Part shown: positions 17,736 to 26,606 of the stretch, piece after piece | Numbering within the stretch: the first letter of the stretch is position 1 | How the letters are laid out: the number at the start of each line of letters is the position of its first letter | Assembly: GCA_002727275.1 (NCBI GenBank) | Contig: PBWO01000055.1 | Location: 1 to 28,758 of the forward strand | DNA: 28,758 nucleotides | Direction: 5' to 3' | Source: Methanobacteriota archaeon | GTDB lineage: Archaea > Thermoplasmatota > Poseidoniia > Poseidoniales > Thalassarchaeaceae | Notes under the pieces: generated by a model | What the model saw: only the letters and a program-made list of their open reading frames with translations | Told to the model about the DNA's origin: nothing | Databases searched by the model: none | Made by a program: the position numbers and the translations under genes

Positions 17736-18283
17736 GGTCGATGACCGGGGATTTCAGAGTCTCAGTTCTCAGACTTGGACACCGACGTGAGCGGGATAAG
17801 AGAATCACTTCTCATCTAGGTCTGACCGCTAGAGCATTCGGTGCAGACGAAGTTATTCTTGCCGGCGAGGAGGACGATTCTGCTATCGAGACATGGAACT
17901 CAGTCTCGGAAAGATTCGGAGGCAACCTCGACTGCCATTTCGAGCCCAAACCAATGAATTGGCTGAGAAGATTTGCCGTCTCAGGTACAGTGATTCATCT
18001 GACGATGTACGGAGAGTCATGGAGAAAGGTCACTGGAGAGATTCCGAAGGACAAACCAGCAGTGATTGTAGTGGGCGGTACGAAGGTCCCTGCAGAATTA
18101 TTCTCAATTGCTGATCATAACGTCTCAATTGGCAATCAGCCACACTCCGAAGTAGCAGCGCTTGGAGTGTTCATGGACTCCTGGTTGGGACCTATCGAAG
18201 AATCCTCAAAGTTCGCTGGAGGACAAATAGAAGTCGTTCCTAGCGAACGCGGAAAGAGAGTAGTAAATCTTGAAGAAGAATGA
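17732..18283 (+). CDS. trm56: tRNA (cytidine56-2'-O)-methyltransferase aTrm56 (SPOUT family)
   Basis: N-terminal VLRLGHRRERDKRITSHLGLTARAFGADEVIL closely matches the aTrm56 signature. The size (183 aa) fits. Confidence 0.8.
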   Translation: MRSMTGDFRVSVLRLGHRRERDKRITSHLGLTARAFGADEVILAGEEDDSAIETWNSVSERFGGNLDCHFEPKPMNWLRRFAVSGTVIHLTMYGESWRKVTGEIPKDKPAVIVVGGTKVPAELFSIADHNVSIGNQPHSEVAALGVFMDSWLGPIEESSKFAGGQIEVVPSERGKRVVNLEEE

Positions 18284-18319
18284 GCCAATTGAGACTCAGA
18301 ATCGCGAAAGCAATTCTCA

Positions 18320-19690
18320 ATGATTAAGAGGGGCACTCAAACACGATTGCTGATGTCGGGTACGACACCGCCTCGGGGGTTCATCCCCGGCGCTGGCGTT
18401 CCGGGAGTTTCTAACCCTCCATCTTTCACAGATGCGGCTGACTCTCTGCTTGATGCCACCGAGCGCCAACAGCCAAGTGGCTCACCAGGTTTACTCCTAC
18501 TGGCCGACGGCACCAGCTACCAAGGAAGCCTGTTTGGCTCTGAGATAATTGCTCAAGGGGAACTAGTTTTCACAACCGGTATGTGCGGTTATCAGGAGAG
18601 TCTCACGGACCCCTCTTTCGCAGGACAGGTTCTAACTTTCACGTGGCCTCTGCTCGGAAATTACGGCATTCTCCCCGGTATTTCCGAGTCAGCCGGAGTT
18701 CACCCCAGGGGTGTAGTCTGCAAGCAGTTGATGACCAATCCAGATCACAGAGATTCGGTAGGCAGTGTGCACGACTTCCTTTCAGCACATGGTGTGCCCG
18801 GAATTCAAGGAGTCGACACTAGGGCTCTGACTCGAAGAGTAAGGGAGCACGGAACCGTGCTATGTGTTTTCGGCCCCGAGGAAAGGGCAGATGAGATGCG
18901 CAAAATCCTCTCTGCGATGACGCCCCCCGATGAGGATGACTTGGTAGCTTCCGTTTCTCGAGATGATGCTGTCTTACTCAACCCAGGGGCGACTGATTAC
19001 GAAGGTAATCCACTTCCTAGGCTAGCAGCTCTAGACTGTGGCATCAAGTACAACATCTTGCGAGAGCTGTGCCAGCGCTTCGAAGTAGTCTGGTGCCCCG
19101 CATCTTTGCCATTTGAACAGATTGTATCAGACTGGGGGCCGGATGCGCTCTTTGCATCGAATGGCCCTGGAGACCCTGCTCACTCAGGAGATGCTACTGC
19201 TGCTAGAGAATCCCTTGCTGCGGCTGTACGCGCTGATATGCCTGTAATGGGAATATGTTTGGGCCATCAACTGATGGGCCTAGCAGCAGGTCTCCGCACA
19301 TACAAGCTAAGATATGGGCACAGAGGTGCTAACCAGCCTGTGGTAGATTTGGAGACCGGTAGGGTACATATCACCAGTCAGAACCATGGTTTTGCAGTTG
19401 AAGACCCAGACAAGGGAATGCTTGCCCCTCCCCCTACAGGTGCATGCTCAGAAGCCGGTGAGAATACTCTGCAAGCCGATTTCACTGTTCGACATATCAA
19501 CGCTAACGATCGTACCGTTGAGGGCTTGGACTTAGTGGGTAAACCTGCCTTTACCATCCAGTTCCATCCCGAGGCCTGTCCAGGACCGCACGACGCATCG
19601 CCACTGTTCGACCGTTTTTCGCAGATAGTAGCAGAGCACATGGCCGATGGCCCAAAGGCTGTTGCTAGGAGAGGTGATGGCTATGCCTAG
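18320..19690 (+). CDS. carA: Carbamoyl-phosphate synthase small (glutamine amidotransferase) subunit
   Basis: CarA N-domain (LLLLADGTSYQGSLFG...FTTGMCGYQESLTDPSFAGQ) and GATase domain with catalytic Cys (GICLGHQ). It carries a Pro/Gly-rich N-terminal extension of roughly 50 aa, and no alternative start lies near the conserved core. Confidence 0.9.
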   Translation: MIKRGTQTRLLMSGTTPPRGFIPGAGVPGVSNPPSFTDAADSLLDATERQQPSGSPGLLLLADGTSYQGSLFGSEIIAQGELVFTTGMCGYQESLTDPSFAGQVLTFTWPLLGNYGILPGISESAGVHPRGVVCKQLMTNPDHRDSVGSVHDFLSAHGVPGIQGVDTRALTRRVREHGTVLCVFGPEERADEMRKILSAMTPPDEDDLVASVSRDDAVLLNPGATDYEGNPLPRLAALDCGIKYNILRELCQRFEVVWCPASLPFEQIVSDWGPDALFASNGPGDPAHSGDATAARESLAAAVRADMPVMGICLGHQLMGLAAGLRTYKLRYGHRGANQPVVDLETGRVHITSQNHGFAVEDPDKGMLAPPPTGACSEAGENTLQADFTVRHINANDRTVEGLDLVGKPAFTIQFHPEACPGPHDASPLFDRFSQIVAEHMADGPKAVARRGDGYA

Positions 19691-22600
19691 GAGGGACGAC
19701 ATCAACAAGGTCGTGATTCTCGGCAGTGGGCCGATTAGAATCGGCCAGGCCGCTGAATTCGACTTCTCGGGCTCGCAGGCTTGCAGGGCACTCAGGGCAG
19801 ATGGCTACGAAGTCGTCCTCATCAACTCTAATCCTGCAACTATTCAGAACGACCCCGAGATGGCCGACCGCATCTACATCGAGCCACTTCTCCCCGAGGT
19901 TGTCAAGCGGATTATGGAAGTTGAGAAGCCCGATGCACTATTGGCGGGAATGGGTGGCCAGACGGCTCTAAACATAGCCGCCGCCCTAGCCCACGACGGC
20001 TCTCTGGATGAGTTGGGAGTCGAGTTGATTGGCTGCAACCTTGCGGCAATCGATGAGGCAGAAGATAGAGACTTGTTCAAGAAAGTCTGTGAGGAAATCG
20101 ACCTACCAGTATGCAAGGCAATTGCTTGTGATTCGATTGAACAAGTCCTCGAATCGGTTGACAAGTTGGGAGGATTCCCTCTTCTCATCAGACCGGCATT
20201 CACTCTGGGCGGACTAGGGGGAGGATCTGCACACAACACAGGTGAATTGGTCGAGATAGCTAGTCAGGGGATTTTACACTCTGCAATCGGACAAGTTCTG
20301 ATCGAGGAGAGTATTCTGGGCTGGCAGGAGCATGAATACGAGGTCATGCGTGATAGTGCTGACAACTCAATTATCGTGTGCACAATGGAGAATCTGGATC
20401 CAATGGGGGTGCATACCGGAGAGTCTGTCGTCGTAGCTCCTCAGCAGACACTATCCGACCGTGACCACCAGATGCTCAGGGATGCTGCCCTCAAATTAAT
20501 CAGGAGACTTAACATCAAAGGCGGGTGCAATGTTCAGTTTGCAGTCGAACAATCAACTGGAGAGTACCGGGTCATAGAAGTCAACCCTCGGGTATCGCGC
20601 TCATCTGCCCTTGCATCAAAGGCTACTGGATACCCAATTGCAAGAATGGCCGCACTGATTGCGGTAGGCTACACTCTCGATGAACTGCCAAATCCGATCA
20701 CTGGAGAAGGGACCACAGCGGCCTTCGAGCCCACATTGGATTACTGCGTCGTCAAGATTCCACGTTGGCCGTTCGACAAGTTCCGAACCGCGGATCGCAC
20801 CATTGGGACATCGATGAAATCCACGGGAGAAGTGATGGCCATAGGCCGAGGATTTGAGGAGGCCTTCCTGAAGGCTTGGGCCAGCCTAGAGTATGGTCAA
20901 CCTCACCCCAGGCCTCTAACCATGGCGGATGCTTCTGGCGGTGAGTCGATGGACGAGCGTGCCTTTGAGCCTCTGCCAGAGGCCCTTCTCGAAGATTGGC
21001 TCAGGATTCCTTCAGACAGGCGCATGGGAGCTCTGTTTGAAGCCTTCCGGAGAGGCTACTCAATCGAAGATGTGAGGGATATGTCGGGCGGTGTGACCAG
21101 ATGGTTCCTGCACCGATTCGAGAACATGGCAGCCATCGAGACTGAAATTAGGGCAGCCGGAGAAATCGGCCTTTCACCATCCGAGATACCTGATTCTGAG
21201 ATGAGGCTGTGGAAAGGTGCCGGGTTCACTGACCTGCACATTGCTGATGCTCTTGCAGGATTCCCTGAATCTGGCTACAAACTCCTTCCTGAGGGTTCAA
21301 ATGAGGCAGCAGTCACTCACAGACGACACGAACTTGGCATACATCCCGTATTCAGAATGGTCGACTCCTGCGCAGCCGAATTCGCCGCAGTTACTCCATA
21401 CTACTACGCCACCTATGAGGGCGGTTCAGCTCCGATAGGAGTGGATTATGTTCCTGGATTGGACGAGTCTCTAAAGCAACGCATTGTTGTTATCGGCTCC
21501 GGCCCGATCCGGATTGGCCAGGGAATAGAGTTCGACTACGGCTGTGTTCACGCAGTTGGTGCAATTCGCGATTTGGGACATGAGGCTATCATCATTAACA
21601 ACAACCCCGAGACCGTTTCTACGGATTTCGACACAAGTGACAGGCTATACTTCGACCCACTAACTCTTGAGTTCGTCTCTGAGGTCCTGCTCAGGGAGAA
21701 GGCACATGGAATCCTGTTGCAGTTCGGCGGACAGACGGCAATCAACCTCGCACTACCTCTGGCTGGTAATATGCCACACCTTTCCACAATGGGACTGCAT
21801 CTTGTGATGGAAGGAACTTCGCCCGATGCAGTGGATGAGGCAAGTGATAGAGAGAGATTCGAAACCTTCGCTGCAAGAAATGGGTTGAGAATGCCCCGCG
21901 GCTCTACTGCCACCACTCCCGAAGAAGTCAGAAGAGCAGTGCATGAGATTGGATATCCAGTACTGATTCGACCATCGTATGTTCTAGGTGGGCGTGGGAT
22001 GGAGATTCTCTCTAATGACAAGCAACTCGATGCTTACATGGGTGAAGCCTACCTTGCTCCTGACAGGCCCTTGCTAATCGATGAGTACCTAGGGAATGCC
22101 ATCGAACTCGATGTCGATGCAGTTTGTGATGGGGATGAGGTGCTAGTTGGTGCAATTATGGAGCACCTCGAAGAAGCCGGAATCCATTCTGGAGACTCGA
22201 CCTGTTTCATCCCTCCCCAGAACATCGCAGAGAACGTACTCGCCGAGGTCGAGGACTGGACTAAGCGCATCGGCGTGGAGTTGGGAATCAGAGGCTGCTT
22301 CAACATCCAGTATGCAATCCGCGACGAAGTGCTGTATGTGCTTGAGGTAAATCCTCGAGGATCCCGTACCTTCCCATTCGTGGCCAAGGCTACCGGAGTG
22401 CCACTGGCAAGAATCGCAGCCAGACTAGCAATAGGTGACAAACTAGCAGATCTCGATGTCCCCGTTCCTCAGACAGATGCAGTCTGTGTAAAGGCACCAG
22501 TGTTCCCATTCATCAAATTGAGAGGACTAGATCCAGCTCCTGGTCCCGAGATGAAATCTACTGGAGAAGTTATGGGGTCCCACGCAAGAGCTTCTGCTGC

Positions 22601-23048
22601 CTATCTCAAGGCCAGGCTAGCAACTGAACTTCCTGTCCCGGTAGAGGGAGGAGTATACATAACCGTCAAGGACGGTGATAAGTTAGGCATCATTGACGAG
22701 GCTCGCAGGCTTCAAGAGATGGGTTTCACCTTGTATGCGACCCGTGGAACGGCTCATGTGCTTCGAGATGTCGGAGGACTCGATGTCCAGACCTGTTACA
22801 GAATCGCCGAGCGTCGCAGCCCAGACGCACTGGATTTAATGAGGCAGGGCAAGATCCACCTAATCATCAACACACCTCGCTCGACAGGCGGAGCAGTACT
22901 CGATGGCAATATGATGCGCAGACTCGCAGTTGAGTTGAACATCCCATTCGTGACTACAATGGCAGGAGCTCACATGGAAGTTGAGGCGATTGCTGAGGCG
23001 ATGAATGGGATGCCCGAGCCTAGACTCCTAGAGATAGGTTCACTCTGA
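19677..23048 (+). CDS. carB: Carbamoyl-phosphate synthase large subunit
   Basis: Duplicated ATP-grasp halves (ILGSGPIRIGQAAEFDFSG and VIGSGPIRIGQGIEFDYG) and a C-terminal MGS-like domain. The ATG at 19677 is preceded by GGAGAGG; the ORF-track start at 19647 is less likely. It overlaps the carA 3' end. Confidence 0.95.
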   Translation: MAMPRRDDINKVVILGSGPIRIGQAAEFDFSGSQACRALRADGYEVVLINSNPATIQNDPEMADRIYIEPLLPEVVKRIMEVEKPDALLAGMGGQTALNIAAALAHDGSLDELGVELIGCNLAAIDEAEDRDLFKKVCEEIDLPVCKAIACDSIEQVLESVDKLGGFPLLIRPAFTLGGLGGGSAHNTGELVEIASQGILHSAIGQVLIEESILGWQEHEYEVMRDSADNSIIVCTMENLDPMGVHTGESVVVAPQQTLSDRDHQMLRDAALKLIRRLNIKGGCNVQFAVEQSTGEYRVIEVNPRVSRSSALASKATGYPIARMAALIAVGYTLDELPNPITGEGTTAAFEPTLDYCVVKIPRWPFDKFRTADRTIGTSMKSTGEVMAIGRGFEEAFLKAWASLEYGQPHPRPLTMADASGGESMDERAFEPLPEALLEDWLRIPSDRRMGALFEAFRRGYSIEDVRDMSGGVTRWFLHRFENMAAIETEIRAAGEIGLSPSEIPDSEMRLWKGAGFTDLHIADALAGFPESGYKLLPEGSNEAAVTHRRHELGIHPVFRMVDSCAAEFAAVTPYYYATYEGGSAPIGVDYVPGLDESLKQRIVVIGSGPIRIGQGIEFDYGCVHAVGAIRDLGHEAIIINNNPETVSTDFDTSDRLYFDPLTLEFVSEVLLREKAHGILLQFGGQTAINLALPLAGNMPHLSTMGLHLVMEGTSPDAVDEASDRERFETFAARNGLRMPRGSTATTPEEVRRAVHEIGYPVLIRPSYVLGGRGMEILSNDKQLDAYMGEAYLAPDRPLLIDEYLGNAIELDVDAVCDGDEVLVGAIMEHLEEAGIHSGDSTCFIPPQNIAENVLAEVEDWTKRIGVELGIRGCFNIQYAIRDEVLYVLEVNPRGSRTFPFVAKATGVPLARIAARLAIGDKLADLDVPVPQTDAVCVKAPVFPFIKLRGLDPAPGPEMKSTGEVMGSHARASAAYLKARLATELPVPVEGGVYITVKDGDKLGIIDEARRLQEMGFTLYATRGTAHVLRDVGGLDVQTCYRIAERRSPDALDLMRQGKIHLIINTPRSTGGAVLDGNMMRRLAVELNIPFVTTMAGAHMEVEAIAEAMNGMPEPRLLEIGSL

Positions 23049-23061
23049 ATCAGAGAGCACC

Positions 23062-23325
23062 CTATGAGGACGAACGCTTCCGAAGTCTATACCTGTGTAC
23101 TGAAAAAAATGTTAGTATTAGCGAAAAAATAGTTAGTATTAGCGTTAGAAATGAGAATGCACGAAATAGTAGAGGTCTAAAGTCCCAACATTGACCGGCG
23201 CTTACTGATTGTGAGCATTCTGGATTTTGTGTGTAGCTAATATAAGTTGTAATGGCAAATAGAAGGGAAAGTATTGCTGGAGCAAAAATGGAGACCAATT
23301 CCTTTTTTGTCAATGTTTGCGCCAT
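23062..23325 (-). CDS. Possible small hydrophobic protein (2 TM) inside the AT-rich island; may be spurious
   Basis: 87-aa ORF in a ~38% GC region between convergent carB and lysS. A 21-bp tandem DNA repeat falls inside its 3' part (encoding LILTIFSLILTFF). Confidence 0.3.
   Translation of the reverse strand: MAQTLTKKELVSIFAPAILSLLFAITTYISYTQNPECSQSVSAGQCWDFRPLLFRAFSFLTLILTIFSLILTFFSVHRYRLRKRSSS
23103..23144. repeat. Tandem direct repeat, 2 x 21 bp (AAAAAAnTGTTAGTATTAGCG); the 13-bp core GTTAGTATTAGCG is perfect and has a 21-bp period
   Basis: Read directly from the sequence: core copies at 23111-23123 and 23132-23144, inside an AT-rich intergenic island. Confidence 0.6.
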
Positions 23326-23385
23326 TAATTTCCCTAAGAGCCCTGCAGGGATATGCTTTGCTACGGCAGCACATTCTTCGCTACT

Positions 23386-24963
23386 CTATACTTCACTGAA
23401 TAACGACAGTACACTAAAGCTGTCCATTTCTGCAATTAGAGATGATGCCTTGGGCCCGTGACTCTTGCCTAGAATGACCCAATATAATGCAACATAAGCA
23501 TCTCTTCCACCAACTCCAGTCTCAGATGCAGCGGACTTGATGCAACTACTAATTTCACCCTCGTTCCAGTTACAATCTGATAGGGCTGCACCCAGGGCTG
23601 AGAGGAATCCAACTTGCTCGTCAGTCAGATTTTCTCTCGCCTCGTCTGATATTCTGGTTCTAATCTCGACCTTTGCAGCATCAGGGAAGTGCGGCCCATC
23701 AACCCAATTACGCATCCTTCGCAACCTTCCGAATAGCGAATCTCCAGGTTCTCCTTCCAAGTGTCCTGACTTCCTCAGAGACTCCCATACATCTTCGTCA
23801 CTAGACTTAATCTGAGCTAGCATCGATAGATGGCGGAACGAAACTCCTGCAACCGAGTCCGCAGGATTTGCACCTCTCTTAGTTTGACTGAGTCTTAGTG
23901 AGCCCAGTTGAGTGTCACGAGCAACCTGTTGACGCCGCGACAATTCACCATCAGATCCACTAGGAGGATTTGCTACTAATCTCTCATACTCGTCAGCAGT
24001 CGCGAATAGAGCAGGGCCTGTATCGAAGTCGATATGCCGCCCAACTTTACTTCGAGAAATCACGTATCGCATGATTTCAGGAGGCACCAGCGCGAGAGCA
24101 TCCATAGGGCCGACTGTCAGTCCTGTAGAACTGGACATTGGGCCCATTCCTTTGAGTTGTATCCACTCGTATACCATCTTGTGTGGTGGTTCGCTGCCCA
24201 GCATCTGACAGATTGGAATACCAGTATCGTAACTACCTCCTGCAGCACCGTGGTCCTTTCCTGCAGGCTCACAAGTAATTCCGTGAATTCCCCACTTGGC
24301 GGCCCAGTCTACTCTCCATGGCATCTTCCCCTCGGCAGTCCTGATGTCCGATTTACCTTCGACTCCTTGTCTATCAATCCAATACACGTACGGCCGCTCG
24401 TATCTAGTAACCTTGACTCCGTCAAGGCTGCCATCGGAGCCGACCGGGTTGTATGGATACCAGTCTTCAGGAACTTCTCTGCCAGATACATCCTCGATGA
24501 CGCGTCGTATCTCATCTCGCTGCTCAATTGCTGAATGAGTCTTTTCCGCGAAAGCACCACTTTCATAGGTCTCATGATTCATTACTACTTCCGGCTCAAC
24601 CCCTATCTCCTTCAGAGCAGCTAGGAATGGATTTAGGAAGTAATCAGCATAACTTCCACCATCGGGGTCCGGATTACCGCCTGAATCAGGAGCCGGTATG
24701 TAGGCCAGAGGGTGTCCGATGTATTGCTGGTAATCTTCGGATAGAAAATCATACACTCTGCGAAGCGGATCCATCGAGTCTACGATGAAGATGTAGCGCG
24801 ACTCCATTCCAGCATCAAGACAAGCGCGATGAATCATTTCAGCAGTCAGGATCTCGCGCAAGTGTCCGACATGGAATTCTCCAGAGGGAGTGATTCCGGA
24901 TGCAATGATTTGAGAATCGCCTCGACTTGAGAGCGTCTGCGCGGTATGGTCCGCCCAGTGCAT
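23386..24963 (-). CDS. lysS: Lysine--tRNA ligase, class I (archaeal type)
   Basis: HVGH-type HIGH motif (ASGITPSGEFHVGHLREILTAEMI), a length of ~525 aa and a class I LysRS anticodon-binding C-terminus. Confidence 0.9.
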   Translation of the reverse strand: MHWADHTAQTLSSRGDSQIIASGITPSGEFHVGHLREILTAEMIHRACLDAGMESRYIFIVDSMDPLRRVYDFLSEDYQQYIGHPLAYIPAPDSGGNPDPDGGSYADYFLNPFLAALKEIGVEPEVVMNHETYESGAFAEKTHSAIEQRDEIRRVIEDVSGREVPEDWYPYNPVGSDGSLDGVKVTRYERPYVYWIDRQGVEGKSDIRTAEGKMPWRVDWAAKWGIHGITCEPAGKDHGAAGGSYDTGIPICQMLGSEPPHKMVYEWIQLKGMGPMSSSTGLTVGPMDALALVPPEIMRYVISRSKVGRHIDFDTGPALFATADEYERLVANPPSGSDGELSRRQQVARDTQLGSLRLSQTKRGANPADSVAGVSFRHLSMLAQIKSSDEDVWESLRKSGHLEGEPGDSLFGRLRRMRNWVDGPHFPDAAKVEIRTRISDEARENLTDEQVGFLSALGAALSDCNWNEGEISSCIKSAASETGVGGRDAYVALYWVILGKSHGPKASSLIAEMDSFSVLSLFSEV

Positions 24964-24972
24964 CCTACTCCC

Positions 24973-25557
24973 TCAGACTGTTACCACTCTGACTAGTCCA
25001 CGGAGGGGAGTCCCCTCGATTTCGTTGTTGTTCGACTTGTTTGCGAGCACCAAGCAGAGTTTGACGTCAGCTCCAGCTGACCTGAGGTTCCTGATGGTTT
25101 TGCGCATCGTTGTCCCTGAAGAAATGACATCATCAACAACTACAACGCTCTTGCCCGAGACTCCAGCGAAGACTTCCGAGAGGTGACCTCCCTCGTCTTC
25201 GCTGATGCTTCTACTGATTGCTAAATCTAAATCCATCTGCCCGGCAATTGCCTGGGCAAAGGCGATTCCATTGAGGCTGATGCCGACAATCGCATCGACC
25301 TCGTCACCAATCTCCTCATCGATGATATCGACGAAGATGTAAGAGGCCGCCTCGATTCTTCCGGCCTTTACAGCTATGGAGCGCCACCCCACTCTGATGT
25401 CCGAAGGTCTCTCTTCTGTGGCCGCGCCACTTGAGGAAAGCCAATCTATAGTAGTCTGAGATAGGGACAACTCATCTGCAATCTGCTGAGTATTCAGTCC
25501 ATTCTTGCGATACTGGTCAACCTTGCCTCGCAAGTCCTCTATACTGACTGGCATCAA
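24973..25557 (-). CDS. PRTase-domain transcriptional regulator (orotate phosphoribosyltransferase-like protein, PyrE-like/GfcR-like) with N-terminal HTH
   Basis: N-terminal HTH (LNTQQIADELSLSQTTIDWL) plus a type I PRTase PRPP-binding loop VVVVDDVISSGTTM. It lies 10 bp upstream of lysS on the same strand. Confidence 0.7.
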   Translation of the reverse strand: MMPVSIEDLRGKVDQYRKNGLNTQQIADELSLSQTTIDWLSSSGAATEERPSDIRVGWRSIAVKAGRIEAASYIFVDIIDEEIGDEVDAIVGISLNGIAFAQAIAGQMDLDLAISRSISEDEGGHLSEVFAGVSGKSVVVVDDVISSGTTMRKTIRNLRSAGADVKLCLVLANKSNNNEIEGTPLRGLVRVVTV

Positions 25558-25621
25558 ACCGTCCCACTAATGGGCATCTATGAACCCACCGGGGGTAGGA
25601 TATGGGAAATCCTGCTTTAGG

Positions 25622-26071
25622 TCAGAACCGGCCCGTGCTGCCGAATCCCCCTTCTCCTCTCTCGGTTTCACCCAGTTCATCAAAAGACACCTCTGAGAAA
25701 GCCACTTCTGGAATGGGTGAAATGAGTAACTGAGCAATTCTTTCTCCTGCCTTCACTGTGTATGAATCACCCTCGCCAATCCAAGTCATGAGTACGAATA
25801 ACTCGCCTCGGTAATCCGCATCTATGGTCCCTATGCTGTGCGGCAGAATCAGGCCCTTTGAGCCCAATGAAGAACGGGCCCTGACCTGCCCCTCGTAACC
25901 AACCGGTATTGCAACATGTAGGCCAGTCCGTAGTTTCATACTCTTACGGAACGGGACATCGGTATCCTCGAGCGCATACAAGTCCCAGCCAGCAGCGTGC
26001 TTGCTACCCATGGTTGGCATCTTAGCATCGGGATGTGTTCGAGCCACCTTGACCTCGAGGTCCGAGCTCAT
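25622..26071 (-). CDS. dut: dUTP diphosphatase (dUTPase; dCTP deaminase/dUTPase superfamily)
   Basis: Motifs AGWDLYA, GTIDADYRGEL and a C-terminal GGFGSTGR. Confidence 0.9.
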   Translation of the reverse strand: MSSDLEVKVARTHPDAKMPTMGSKHAAGWDLYALEDTDVPFRKSMKLRTGLHVAIPVGYEGQVRARSSLGSKGLILPHSIGTIDADYRGELFVLMTWIGEGDSYTVKAGERIAQLLISPIPEVAFSEVSFDELGETERGEGGFGSTGRF

Positions 26072-26160
26072 AGCACCGCTGTGCGGTTCGGTTCTTTGAG
26101 CGTTCGCAAGACTGATCTATCCCCGGTGAGGTGAAAAAGGAGTCACGGTTCGCTAAGCCG

Positions 26161-26571
26161 ATGGCAGACTACGACTACGATGAACTACTGGACCGCGCCC
26201 GTGAGCGCATCCCCAAGGACATCAGCGAGAGGTCACGTTGGACCATGCCTGAGCCTGACGTTCTCATTGAGGGCAGTCAGACTATTCTGCGGAATTTCTC
26301 CGACATCGTCAGTGCCATGGACAGAGATGCCAATCACGTCTACCAGTTCCTGCTCAATGAATTAGGGACATCAGGAACCCGGGAGCAAGTCCGCGTGATG
26401 TTCAAGGGAAGAGTTCCACCAATCCGGATCAAGGAAAAACTCGTTGCATACGTCAAGTCATTCATCCTGTGTGGCCAGTGCCGTGCACCCGATACTAGAT
26501 TTATCAAGGAAGGCAGGACGAGCCTCCTGAAGTGTCAAGCTTGCGGAGCAACAAGGCCAGTCAAACTCTAA
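26161..26571 (+). CDS. eif2b: Translation initiation factor 2 subunit beta (aIF-2 beta)
   Basis: MADYDYDELLDRA N-terminus and C-terminal C4 zinc ribbon (CGQCRAPDT...CQACGA). The ATG at 26161 is preferred over the GTG at 26131; GGTGAGGTGA and GGAG lie upstream. Confidence 0.9.
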   Translation: MADYDYDELLDRARERIPKDISERSRWTMPEPDVLIEGSQTILRNFSDIVSAMDRDANHVYQFLLNELGTSGTREQVRVMFKGRVPPIRIKEKLVAYVKSFILCGQCRAPDTRFIKEGRTSLLKCQACGATRPVKL

Positions 26572-26606
26572 TCACTGGGATTACAATGGGATTCCGGAGC
26601 AATCTT

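Noticed and set aside
19726-22441. Multiple ORFs of 60-160 aa on both strands inside carB (for example 19874..20239 on the minus strand and 21548..22021 on the minus strand)
   Set aside because: They are fully embedded in a highly conserved 1,100-aa gene and have low-complexity Ser/Pro/Arg-rich translations, so they are frame artefacts.
23430-23500. Possible C/D-box sRNA (GATGATG ... TGAC) near the lysS 3' end
   Set aside because: The box sequences are imperfect (no proper CUGA D box), the region is lysS coding sequence on the opposite strand, and no guide complementarity can be assessed.
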